Below are positions 20,093 to 28,792 of a stretch of DNA of 49,711 nt, piece after piece. Origin of the DNA: Armatimonadota bacterium (GTDB lineage Bacteria > Armatimonadota > UBA5829 > DSUL01); NCBI GenBank assembly GCA_039811685.1, contig JBDHZC010000011.1:1-49711 (forward strand), written 5' to 3'. Both the position numbers and the translations under genes were made by a program. Each line of letters begins with the position of its first letter. Positions within the stretch are counted from its first letter, which is position 1. Below the pieces are notes generated by a model, which did no database searches, was not told the DNA's origin, and saw nothing but the letters and a program-made list of their open reading frames with translations.

Positions 20093-20917
20093 ATGCTCAT
20101 CATTGGCGAGCGGATCAATACGAGCCGGAAGATCAATAAGGAACTGGTCATTGAAAACGCGGTTCGCAACAGAGACGCGGACTACGTCGTCAAGCTGGCC
20201 TCAGATCAGGTGGATGCTGGAGCTCACTACGTAGATCTGAACTGCGGGACGCTTCACGAAGGGGAGGCGCACAGCCTGCAGTGGCTGACCGAGACAATTC
20301 AGGCCCGGGTGCCCGGTGCGCTGTGTTTCGACTCCCCGAGCGCCGAAGCCCTGGCGATGGCGCTGGAGGTCTATGACACCGGGCGCGGACAGCCGATGAT
20401 CAACTCCATCACCGCTGAAACCGAGCGCTTTGACCAGATTTTGCCACTGGCGCTCAAGCACAAAGCGAAAGTCATTGCGCTGGCGATGGACGAAGCGGGC
20501 ATCCAGCCGGATGGACAGAAGCGCTATGAAGTGGCGCTTGCGCTCATCAGACGTCTCACAGACGCAGGCGTCCCGATTGACGACATCTATGTGGACCCGC
20601 TCACCTTTCCAATAGGCACGGGCAGTGATTTCGGAGTGGTGATGCTGGATGTGGTGCGCCGTATCAAAGACAGCTTTCCCGATGTGCATGTGACGGCGGG
20701 TGTATCAAACGTCAGCCACGGCATGCCTGCGAGAAAAATTCTCAATGAGGCTATGCTGGTTCTGGCGATGGGCGCGGGGATGGACTCGGCCATCATAGAC
20801 CCGATGGATCGCCACCTTATGGCGCTGATTGCCGCCTCCGAATCCATTCTCGGGCTGGATGAGTTCTCGATGAACTATATCGCGCTGGCGCGCGCGGGGA
20901 AGTTCGAAGGGCTTTGA
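20093..20917 (+). CDS. Methyltetrahydrofolate:corrinoid methyltransferase (AcsE / MetH pterin-binding domain)
   Basis: MLIIGERIN, MINSI, GVSNVSHGMP, DSAIIDP. Confidence 0.88.
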   Translation: MLIIGERINTSRKINKELVIENAVRNRDADYVVKLASDQVDAGAHYVDLNCGTLHEGEAHSLQWLTETIQARVPGALCFDSPSAEALAMALEVYDTGRGQPMINSITAETERFDQILPLALKHKAKVIALAMDEAGIQPDGQKRYEVALALIRRLTDAGVPIDDIYVDPLTFPIGTGSDFGVVMLDVVRRIKDSFPDVHVTAGVSNVSHGMPARKILNEAMLVLAMGAGMDSAIIDPMDRHLMALIAASESILGLDEFSMNYIALARAGKFEGL

Positions 20918-20918
20918 A

Positions 20919-21911
20919 ATGGAGAATGCGCGCTCTGACGCCTGCGGTGTGTCCCATCTGGAGCGGGTTCTAAGCAGCGGGCACTTTGCCGTCTGCGGAG
21001 AGATTGGCCCGCCGCGTGGCGCAGATCCGTCCGAAGTCCTGCGCAAGTGCGAGTACTTTCGCGGCGTGGTGGACGCTGTCAACCTGACGGACAATCAGGC
21101 CGCAGTGGCCCGGATGTCCTCGATGGCGGCCAGCCTCCTCACGATGCAGGCAGGGCTGGAGCCGATTATGCAGATGACCTGCCGGGACCGCAACCGCCTT
21201 GCGCAGCAGTCGGACATGCTGGGGGCTGCGGCGCTTGGCATCAGAAATATCCTCTGCCTCTCTGGAGACCACGTTACTCTGGGAAACCACCCTCAGGCCA
21301 AGTCTGTTCACGACCTGGACGCGGTGAACCTCACGGCGATGATGCGGGGCCTGCGCGAAGGGCACTTCTTGTCCGGGGACGAAGTCAAGACACCGCCGGA
21401 GCTGTTCATCGGCGCCACCGCCAATCCGTTCGGGGAGCCCTTCCTTGCCCGCGTCCACAACCTGAAAAAGAAGGTAGCCTCGGGCGCGCAGTTCATCCAG
21501 ACACAGGTAGTCTTTGATGTACCCCGCTTTGAGAAGTGGATGCAGGCGTGCCGGGACGAAGGACTGACGGAACAGACCTACATTCTGGCTGGAATAGCGC
21601 CTGTGCGCAGCGCTTCGACTCTGAAGTTCATGCGCAACAATGTGGCGGGTGTTCATATTGCGGAAGAGTACATCCAGCGGATGTCGGCCGCCTCCAGCAA
21701 AGAGGATGCGATGGACGAAGGTGTGCGCATTGCGGTAGAGACGATTCAGCGCGTGCGAGATATTCCCGGCGTGGCGGGCGTCCATATTATGCCGGTCATG
21801 TGGGAGTCCGTCATTCGCAGAGTCGTGGAAGGCGCGGGGCTGCTGCCGCGGCCGGATGTTCTTGAGAGCCCGCCAGCGGAGGCGCGCTCTGCGTCCGAGT
21901 TGACACCATGA
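20919..21911 (+). CDS. metF: Methylenetetrahydrofolate reductase
   Basis: EIGPP, NLTDN, MQMTCRDRNR, LSGDH, GAQFIQTQ. Confidence 0.92.
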   Translation: MENARSDACGVSHLERVLSSGHFAVCGEIGPPRGADPSEVLRKCEYFRGVVDAVNLTDNQAAVARMSSMAASLLTMQAGLEPIMQMTCRDRNRLAQQSDMLGAAALGIRNILCLSGDHVTLGNHPQAKSVHDLDAVNLTAMMRGLREGHFLSGDEVKTPPELFIGATANPFGEPFLARVHNLKKKVASGAQFIQTQVVFDVPRFEKWMQACRDEGLTEQTYILAGIAPVRSASTLKFMRNNVAGVHIAEEYIQRMSAASSKEDAMDEGVRIAVETIQRVRDIPGVAGVHIMPVMWESVIRRVVEGAGLLPRPDVLESPPAEARSASELTP

Positions 21912-22405
21912 GCAAACTCACCGAAAAAATTGCTGCGTTCATAGAGCGCCATCCCACCCTCTACCGAATAATTTTCACGCTCGAAAACGCCGTGAAAAAG
22001 CCTCTATTCGACTGCCGCGAGTGTGGACAGTGCATTCTCAGCTCAACAGCCTTGATCTGTCCCATGCGCTGTCCCAAGGAGCTGCGGGATGGCCCATGCG
22101 GCGGAACGCTTCCGAACGGGCGCTGTGAAGTGGACCCAAACATGGACTGCGTGTGGTATCTCATCTACAAGCGCGCGGACAAGCTGGACAGGCTGCCACT
22201 TCTTGACACCGTGCAGAAGCCCTACGACAACCGCCTCCGGGGAACGAGCGCGTGGATCAATCTGATGGCTGGACGTATCGAAGGCGTGAAGCTGCGCGCC
22301 AGGCCGAAGAAGCGCTCGAGCGCGCAAACAGGAACTTCACCACTCGCGGCGGCGGAAACCTCGGACCAGAAAAGCTCCTCTGCGGCTCCCGGCGCAAGAA
22401 GCTGA
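21908..22405 (+). CDS. MetV-like Cys-rich MTHFR partner subunit
   Basis: CRECGQC...CPMRCPK..GPCGG...CEV...CVW; ATGA-coupled to metF. Confidence 0.85.
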   Translation: MSKLTEKIAAFIERHPTLYRIIFTLENAVKKPLFDCRECGQCILSSTALICPMRCPKELRDGPCGGTLPNGRCEVDPNMDCVWYLIYKRADKLDRLPLLDTVQKPYDNRLRGTSAWINLMAGRIEGVKLRARPKKRSSAQTGTSPLAAAETSDQKSSSAAPGARS

Positions 22406-22416
22406 GGCCTTGCTGC

Positions 22417-22851
22417 TTATCTGGACGCCCCCTGCGCCTGAGTCACCGCGCGGATTCGCGGCCACAGGTGCGCGGCATAAAACAGCACAGACAACCCGAG
22501 CAGTGCCCCCGAAGCGGGCCTGAGCGCTCCGAAAAAGTGCCCCTCGGCGGCTGACAGCGCAAGCACTAGCAGCGAGAGATTCAGGCTGGCGTAGCTGGCC
22601 CATGCAAGCTCCGTAAGCGGGCGCTCCGCAGTCTCGGGCGCAGCCGACTTTGGCATGATCCAGTAGGCGACTCCCATGGCAAGCTGCATCATCCACCCAA
22701 ACAGCAGCCATGCGACATGCACAGGCAGCAGCCTCCAGATGACGCCAGTGTGCCCAATCGCCCGAGACCACAACAGAGCGCCTCCAATCAGAAATCCGAG
22801 ACACAGATAAATCAGGGACGTCCTGACAAACCAGCGGGAAAGAAGAGGCAT
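22417..22851 (-). CDS. 4-TM membrane protein (heme-copper oxidase subunit I / NnrS-like fragment)
   Basis: HVAWLLFGWMMQLAMGVAYWIMP; paralog of the next gene. Confidence 0.75.
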   Translation of the reverse strand: MPLLSRWFVRTSLIYLCLGFLIGGALLWSRAIGHTGVIWRLLPVHVAWLLFGWMMQLAMGVAYWIMPKSAAPETAERPLTELAWASYASLNLSLLVLALSAAEGHFFGALRPASGALLGLSVLFYAAHLWPRIRAVTQAQGASR

Positions 22852-22852
22852 C

Positions 22853-23290
22853 TCAGGCCGCCTTGCTTCGCGCCGGAGGCGGTTTGGGGCCTTTGACGCG
22901 TGGCCACATCTGCCAGACAAAGAGCCATCCGGCCACGACCTGTAGAATAGCTGATACGATCATTAGAGCCGTAGCGACATGGTTAGGCCGCAGGGCGTGC
23001 CAAGGCTCGGAGACAACGCGCATCAGCAGTCCAAGGTTGAGAAACCCGTAGATTATCCATCCCACGTTTTCGTTTCCGCGCGGCTTTTCGCGCGAAAAAA
23101 CTGGAAACATCCACACCGCAACACCAAAAACAAGCTGCGTCAGCCAGCCAACCATGAACAGGTGGTAGTAAACGAGGGTCAACACGGGAGTCGCAGCAGT
23201 CGTTTTGGAAAAAAGGAGCGCTGCGACAAGAACTGAGAGCACCAGATACGCCAGGGACGTCTTGATAAATGTCCTGACAAGCAGCGGCAC
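22853..23290 (-). CDS. 4-TM membrane protein, paralog of 22417-22851
   Basis: HLFMVGWLTQLVFGVAVWMFP; shared MPLL.R.F..TSL.YL N-terminus. Confidence 0.78.
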   Translation of the reverse strand: MPLLVRTFIKTSLAYLVLSVLVAALLFSKTTAATPVLTLVYYHLFMVGWLTQLVFGVAVWMFPVFSREKPRGNENVGWIIYGFLNLGLLMRVVSEPWHALRPNHVATALMIVSAILQVVAGWLFVWQMWPRVKGPKPPPARSKAA

Positions 23291-24436
23291 TCAGGCCGCC
23301 TGTTTCACTTTTTTCGCAGGCCGCGCCAGCGCATGGTAGGGCATGAACAGGAGGATAGCTACAACATTGAACATGCCGCCCCATTCCCGGGCCAGTGGCA
23401 GGCTCGCCAGGTCTCCCACAATTCTCAACACCAGTGAGCCGTGCAGAATCGCGAGATGTCCGTAAAGCAGGGGAGAGTAGCGGGCGCCGGTGGTCTCAAA
23501 GACCGCAGGAAAAATGATCGGCGCGTGCGCAAAGACCATTGAGATGACGTAGCCCAGGAAGAACGTATGCAGAAGCGCGTCGTAAATTGGCCCGCTTACG
23601 ATTGGACCGGTTATCATCCAGACAAGCCCCGTAACAATCAGCCAGCCGTACCCTATCAGCAGCGCAACCGCGATGAAGCGTGACAGGCCCGGCACACGCA
23701 CAGACCGCCTCGCCATGTCAAACAGCAGCAGCCAGACCCCTGCGGCCGCTGCGCACGCTCCGGCAATGCGCGTACCTATTACCCACTGCGCGCTGACGAA
23801 CGCGTTGCCAAAACGCGTGAACGCGACTATTCCTCCGCCTGCCTCCACTGGCGCGCTGAGTGTCCACAGCGCCATAGCGACGAAAGTAATGAGAACAGCA
23901 GCAAACAGCGTACGCAGGATTGGGCGCACACTCATCATGCGGCTGAGCTCCAGGCGCTCCCCGGAGATCGTCAACAGTAGAAACCCTATCCAGAATGGAA
24001 CCACAGCCGGCACTGCGCGGTGTTGCGCCCACGCGATGTTGCCCACAAGCCACGTCACAACGCCAATGAGCATCACGACATTGTGAAGCGCGCGCTGTAG
24101 ATGGACGATAAAAATGAAGTTCGCAACCAGACACAACGATCCCGCCGTGATGAGGAGTCTGGGAATTAGCGACGCGGGAGCGAAAACCAGTGTCACCGCT
24201 CCCGCCGCAGTTAATATCGGAGCCAGAAACGCCCACGGCCTCTTCAGGGCTGCCGCGCGTTCCAGGCTGATCAGCGTGCCGAGAAAACCGCTGACCATCA
24301 GCGGCCCATGGGCATCCACCAGAAAAGGACTGGGCGCCCCAAAGCGCCAGCCGAGGCGTATAAGCCCGGCATACATGCCCATGATCAGCGCCAGCCCACC
24401 GCCCGCGGACAGCACAAAGCGTCCGATGCGCCGCAT
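23291..24436 (-). CDS. Polytopic membrane protein (NnrS-like)
   Basis: HGPLMVSGFLGTLISLERA, GERLELSR, YDALLH, FAHAP; start uncertain. Confidence 0.75.
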   Translation of the reverse strand: MRRIGRFVLSAGGGLALIMGMYAGLIRLGWRFGAPSPFLVDAHGPLMVSGFLGTLISLERAAALKRPWAFLAPILTAAGAVTLVFAPASLIPRLLITAGSLCLVANFIFIVHLQRALHNVVMLIGVVTWLVGNIAWAQHRAVPAVVPFWIGFLLLTISGERLELSRMMSVRPILRTLFAAVLITFVAMALWTLSAPVEAGGGIVAFTRFGNAFVSAQWVIGTRIAGACAAAAGVWLLLFDMARRSVRVPGLSRFIAVALLIGYGWLIVTGLVWMITGPIVSGPIYDALLHTFFLGYVISMVFAHAPIIFPAVFETTGARYSPLLYGHLAILHGSLVLRIVGDLASLPLAREWGGMFNVVAILLFMPYHALARPAKKVKQAA

Positions 24437-24521
24437 AAAGCGTCCGATGCGCAGAGGCTTCTTCAATGCTGTGGTGGCGCCGTGTTCAGCGGGGCCTCGG
24501 ACAGAGGTGTGTGCGCGAGAC

Positions 24522-24776
24522 TCAGTGGCTGCAAGAGCCGCCGTTTGCGCCCTTCTTGCCAATCTTGACTCGCCAGACGTCCGGGCCTTCCTCGAGATAC
24601 TCCCAGTCGAACTCGTCATTGTGCTCGGCGGAGAACTGGTAGTAGAGCGGTTTGGGGTCGTGATCGTTCACCAGCACAAAGCTGGCGCCGTCACTCAGAC
24701 TCTTGAAAGTATCAAAGATCAATGGGTGCCGTTCGCGCGGAGCAATCTCGCGCACGTCAAGTGTTTTCGTTTCCAT
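24522..24776 (-). CDS. DUF2249 domain protein
   Basis: LDVREIAPRERHPLIF...LVNDHDPKPL...W.Y...GP..WRV. Confidence 0.9.
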   Translation of the reverse strand: METKTLDVREIAPRERHPLIFDTFKSLSDGASFVLVNDHDPKPLYYQFSAEHNDEFDWEYLEEGPDVWRVKIGKKGANGGSCSH

Positions 24777-24808
24777 ATATGTTCCTTTCAGTCCCGTTGA
24801 ACGGGCAA

Positions 24809-25111
24809 TCACTCAGGCCAGCCGAGTTGGCGGCGGCCTTCGGCAGTCATGCGGGATGGATCCCAGAGCGGCTCCGCGACTACGTCCACGTTAACCGCCA
24901 TGTCAGGGTACACAGAGCTGATGGCATTTTCTGCGTCTCGTTTCATAACGTCGTGAAGCGGACACGCGGGAGTGGTCATTACCATGGTGACATTGAGTTT
25001 CTCATCTGAAATGTCTATCGCTTCAATCAGCCCCAGATCCACTACGTTCACCCCAACTTCCGGGTCGTCCACCGTTTTTAGCGCCTGAAGTACTACTTCC
25101 TGGTCTGCCAT
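24809..25111 (-). CDS. DUF59 / SufT-PaaD-like metal-sulfur cluster assembly factor
   Basis: V.DPE.G.NVVDLGL, TTPACP, PLWDPSRM. Confidence 0.9.
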   Translation of the reverse strand: MADQEVVLQALKTVDDPEVGVNVVDLGLIEAIDISDEKLNVTMVMTTPACPLHDVMKRDAENAISSVYPDMAVNVDVVAEPLWDPSRMTAEGRRQLGWPE

Positions 25112-25131
25112 TGTGTTGCCTCCGAGTGGCA

Positions 25132-25173
25132 AGTATAGAGAGTCTCTTACCAGCTTACCTTGACGCAAATCAA
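25132..25173 (-). promoter_or_regulatory. FNR/DNR (Crp-Fnr) box with class II promoter geometry
   Basis: Minus strand TTGAT-TTGC-GTCAA (25173-25160), then 22 nt, then TATACT (25137-25132). Confidence 0.75.
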
Positions 25174-25384
25174 GAATCAGATATTCCACCCCCTGCGAAA
25201 AACGCTTGCGCCGGAGCCGAGCGCTGACTGGCGGAGCATTTGCTGTGCCTGCGTGTTACTGTCTGAAGAGCTTGACTCCCACAGTGGGCGGAAGCAACTC
25301 TGTCAAATAGCCCGGCCGAAGGCTCTGCGGTGAGCGCAGCGTGTGTTACAATACGCGTGACGCGTCCATCTGTCCGCAAAGTCC

Positions 25385-26242
25385 ATGCGCTCCAAAGTCA
25401 TCACAGTTTACCTCCTGGCTCTCCTGTCCGCCCTGTTTCTTTTCTCTGGCTGCGCCCGGCAAGAGCTCCCAGCGCACCACATGCGCCTGACGGTGATGTC
25501 TATTGGAGAGGCGGATTCGCTGCTTATCCAGACTCCCGACGCAGCCGTCCTGGTTGACACGGGCGACATTCACTCCGGCTCAGCGATTCTGCGGCGGCTG
25601 AGAGCAGACGGAGTGCGCAGGCTGGATATGGTGGTTCTCTCTCACCCGCACGAGGACCACATTGGCGGCTTCTGTGACGTCGCCAGCGCCATCCCTGTGG
25701 GCACAGTGCTGGATTCCGGATTTCCCTATGGCTCTCCGGTACAGAGGAGCACTCTGGAATGTATCAGAAAGCAGCGCATTCGCTACCGCCGGGCCCACGT
25801 GGGGCAGAGAATCCGGGTAGGCAATGCGTTGTGGATGGAGGTGCTCTGGCCATCTGCCCGCTTCCTGCGAGGAACTGAGTCGGACGCAAATAACAACTCG
25901 GTTGTTCTGATGGTTCACTTCGGAAAGACGCGTCTTCTGCTGGCCGGGGACGCCGAGACTGCGGCAGAAGAGGGAATTCTGGCGTCAGGCGCGGACATTC
26001 GGGCAGATTTCCTCAAAGTCGCGCACCAGGGCAGCCGCGACTCTTCCTCTCTCGTCTTTCTGCGCCGCGTTCGCCCGCGCTTCGCGGCCATCTGTGTCGG
26101 GGCGAACAACAGCTACGGCCATCCCACCCGCGAAGCTCTTGCGCGGCTCCACGCCGTGGGCGCGCGGATCGCAAGGACGGATCACGACGGCGATCTGATC
26201 TACGAATCGGACGGCAAGACCCTCAGCAATCTGACAAGGTAA
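25385..26242 (+). CDS. ComEC/Rec2-type metallo-beta-lactamase-fold lipoprotein
   Basis: Lipobox FSGC, SHPHEDHIGG, NNNSVV, LLAGDAE, YGHP. Confidence 0.9.
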   Translation: MRSKVITVYLLALLSALFLFSGCARQELPAHHMRLTVMSIGEADSLLIQTPDAAVLVDTGDIHSGSAILRRLRADGVRRLDMVVLSHPHEDHIGGFCDVASAIPVGTVLDSGFPYGSPVQRSTLECIRKQRIRYRRAHVGQRIRVGNALWMEVLWPSARFLRGTESDANNNSVVLMVHFGKTRLLLAGDAETAAEEGILASGADIRADFLKVAHQGSRDSSSLVFLRRVRPRFAAICVGANNSYGHPTREALARLHAVGARIARTDHDGDLIYESDGKTLSNLTR

Positions 26243-26348
26243 CGGCACGCCTTCGCACGCGCCAGACTGAAACGGAGCTCGATCTGTATCATATCATCGC
26301 GTGAGAACCCTTCACAAACCGGTCCGACATTCCGATTATTGAATAGCT

Positions 26349-27005
26349 ATGCCGGACAACCGCACCTCCACATCTACCCCCCCGCAGACCGGATCGGCAG
26401 CCGCCTGCTCACTTCGGCCCGGGGCTCTCGTTCTTCTAGTTGCTCAGGCCGGGGCCAGCGACGCCTTCTCACAGGTTCTGTCGAACACGCCGCGGGATCT
26501 CAATGCGGCCTTTGTCGCCCTTGCGGACGTGCGCAAAGGCTTCAGCTCCCTGCTGTGTGAACGCCTTCGCAGTGAGTGTAACCTGCAGGTGGATGAACTC
26601 TCTCAGGATTCACCTGTTTCGCCGGGACACGTTCTGGTAGCGCCGGCGCAGATGTCTGTGGAGTTCTCTGAGACCGAACCGGGAGGCGTCGTCCACGCCA
26701 GTGGCGTCTCACTTGACGGGGAGCGCGCAGCGCAGTCACCGGTTCGTCTGCGCGAGATCGCGCAGAAAGCATGCGCACTGTTTGGATCCTCCACCGTCGC
26801 CATCATGCTGAGTGGCCTTGGCGGAGATACGGTGGACTGCCTCAGGCAGGTGAAAGAAGCCGGCGGACACGTCATCACCCAGGACCCTATGACAGCTCTG
26901 GTCTCCGAAGGCCCCAGAGCCGCAGCCGCAGCCAATCTTGTTGACGAAGTCCTGCCTCTTTGGGCTATCTGCTCTCATCTGAGCGAGTACCTGGAAGCGC
27001 TATGA
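26349..27005 (+). CDS. Stand-alone CheB methylesterase-like domain, degenerate active site
   Basis: LSGLGGD, GGHVITQDP...PRAA...VDEVLPL; lacks STGG and QH motifs. Confidence 0.75.
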   Translation: MPDNRTSTSTPPQTGSAAACSLRPGALVLLVAQAGASDAFSQVLSNTPRDLNAAFVALADVRKGFSSLLCERLRSECNLQVDELSQDSPVSPGHVLVAPAQMSVEFSETEPGGVVHASGVSLDGERAAQSPVRLREIAQKACALFGSSTVAIMLSGLGGDTVDCLRQVKEAGGHVITQDPMTALVSEGPRAAAAANLVDEVLPLWAICSHLSEYLEAL

Positions 27006-28744
27006 TGGAACGGTTCTACCGGAAGCCGCTGGGCACAATTTTTCTCTCCGCCGGACTCCTGACAGAAGATGACCTTGAGAAGGCGCTGGATCAGGGCCGC
27101 ACGACGGGCAAGCGGCTGGGTGAGATACTGCTGGGGCTTGGGCGCGTTGAGGAAGAGGATCTGGTTGAAGCGCGCGCGCTTCAGTTGGATATGCCCCACA
27201 TCCACCTCCAGAACCACACGGTGGACGCCGCTACAGCCAAAATGGTACCGGAGTCCGTGGCGCGCTCTTACGTATTGATTCCCATTAACGCCTCCGAGGG
27301 ACGGGTCGTGCTGGCGATGTCAGATCCGCTCAACGTCGAGGCGATTGATCTGGTTCAGAGGACGACGCGCTGCAAAGTAGAGCCACTTCTGGCAAGTGAC
27401 TCGGCAATCGAGCGTCTGATTAACGAGACATTCGGATCGCCCACCAGCGAAGCGATCAGTGGCGCTCTTGAAGAAGCTCTTGGCGCAATGGGGGCGCTGG
27501 CGGACGTTGAGGTTGGGGACGCGGAGGCCGATCAGGATGATACGGATATCTCTGAGACCCGCCGCGCCAGCGAACAGGCGCCGATCGTGCGCACCGTCAA
27601 CCACATTTTGAAGGAAGCTGTGGAGGCCAGAGCCAGTGACATCCACATCGAGCCTCGCCGCGCAGGATGCGAAGTGCGCTATCGTCTTGACGGGGCGCTG
27701 CGCGAGATCCGCACGCTTCCGAAAAGCATTCAGGCGGCAGTGCTCTCTCGTATCAAAATCATGGGAGATCTGGATATCGCCGAAAAGCGAATCCCTCAGG
27801 ACGGACGCATCGCGATAAACGTCGCCAACAGAGCTGTTGACATACGGCTCAGCACCCTGCCAACGCAATTTGGTGAGCGCATCGTCATGCGTTTGCTGGA
27901 TCGCGGCGTGAACACACTTTCACTGGACCAACTGGGATTCTCGGAAGTGGCGCGGGGTCACCTGGATGAGATGATTCGCCGGCCCTACGGCATTGTGCTG
28001 GTAACGGGTCCCACAGGCTCCGGAAAAACCACCAGCCTCTATTCCTTCCTCAACGAAGTGAAATGCCCGGAAGTGAACATTATCACGGTGGAGGACCCGG
28101 TAGAATACGAACTGGAAGGCATCAGCCAGTCCAACGTGAATGTGCGCGCCGGGCTGACCTTTGCCGCCCAGCTTCGCTCCATCCTGCGCCAGGACCCGGA
28201 TATCGTGCTTGTCGGCGAAATTCGAGACCAGGAAACCGCTGATATCGCCTTTCGCGCCGCTTTAACCGGACACCTGGTCTTCAGCACTCTGCACTGTAAC
28301 GAAGCGGCCGGCGCGTTTGCCCGCCTCACAGATATGGGCGTGGAGCCTTTTCTCATCTCCTCTGCCATCTCGGGTGTGCTGGCTCAGCGGCTGGTGCGGA
28401 CAGTGTGCGCGCGCTGCCGGGAAGAGTATCAACCCGAGGACGACGTCACGCTGGCTTTCAAGGAAGAAGGTTTCGACATTTCAGGCCGCAAGCTGCTGCG
28501 CGGGCGTGGGTGTAACGCCTGCGGTAATACAGGCTACAAGGGGCGAACCCTCATTGCCGAGACGTTGAGGGTGAATCAGGAGATCCGCAAGCTCGCTATG
28601 GAGAAGGCCGCCACCGACCTCATCCGCGAAGTGGCCGTGTACAATGGCATGGAGACCATGCGGCGCGACGGCATGAACAAAGTCCTCCAGGGCATCACAA
28701 CCTTCGATGAACTGCGCAAGAAGGTGTTTCTGAGCGAAGATTAG
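27002..28744 (+). CDS. GspE/PilB family ATPase with N-terminal MshEN domain
   Basis: RLGEILL, ASDIHIEP, GPTGSGKTT, TVEDPVE, LRQDPD, tetra-Cys motif. Confidence 0.93.
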   Translation: MMERFYRKPLGTIFLSAGLLTEDDLEKALDQGRTTGKRLGEILLGLGRVEEEDLVEARALQLDMPHIHLQNHTVDAATAKMVPESVARSYVLIPINASEGRVVLAMSDPLNVEAIDLVQRTTRCKVEPLLASDSAIERLINETFGSPTSEAISGALEEALGAMGALADVEVGDAEADQDDTDISETRRASEQAPIVRTVNHILKEAVEARASDIHIEPRRAGCEVRYRLDGALREIRTLPKSIQAAVLSRIKIMGDLDIAEKRIPQDGRIAINVANRAVDIRLSTLPTQFGERIVMRLLDRGVNTLSLDQLGFSEVARGHLDEMIRRPYGIVLVTGPTGSGKTTSLYSFLNEVKCPEVNIITVEDPVEYELEGISQSNVNVRAGLTFAAQLRSILRQDPDIVLVGEIRDQETADIAFRAALTGHLVFSTLHCNEAAGAFARLTDMGVEPFLISSAISGVLAQRLVRTVCARCREEYQPEDDVTLAFKEEGFDISGRKLLRGRGCNACGNTGYKGRTLIAETLRVNQEIRKLAMEKAATDLIREVAVYNGMETMRRDGMNKVLQGITTFDELRKKVFLSED

Positions 28745-28792
28745 CCGGCAGCGCTGCCGGAGTCCTGTTTCGCTGCGTGCTGCACGACAGCT

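Noticed and set aside
24416..24451. 15-bp direct repeat AAAGCGTCCGATGCG (period 21) as a regulatory site
   Set aside because: Most simply a local in-frame duplication near the gene start; no other copies seen.
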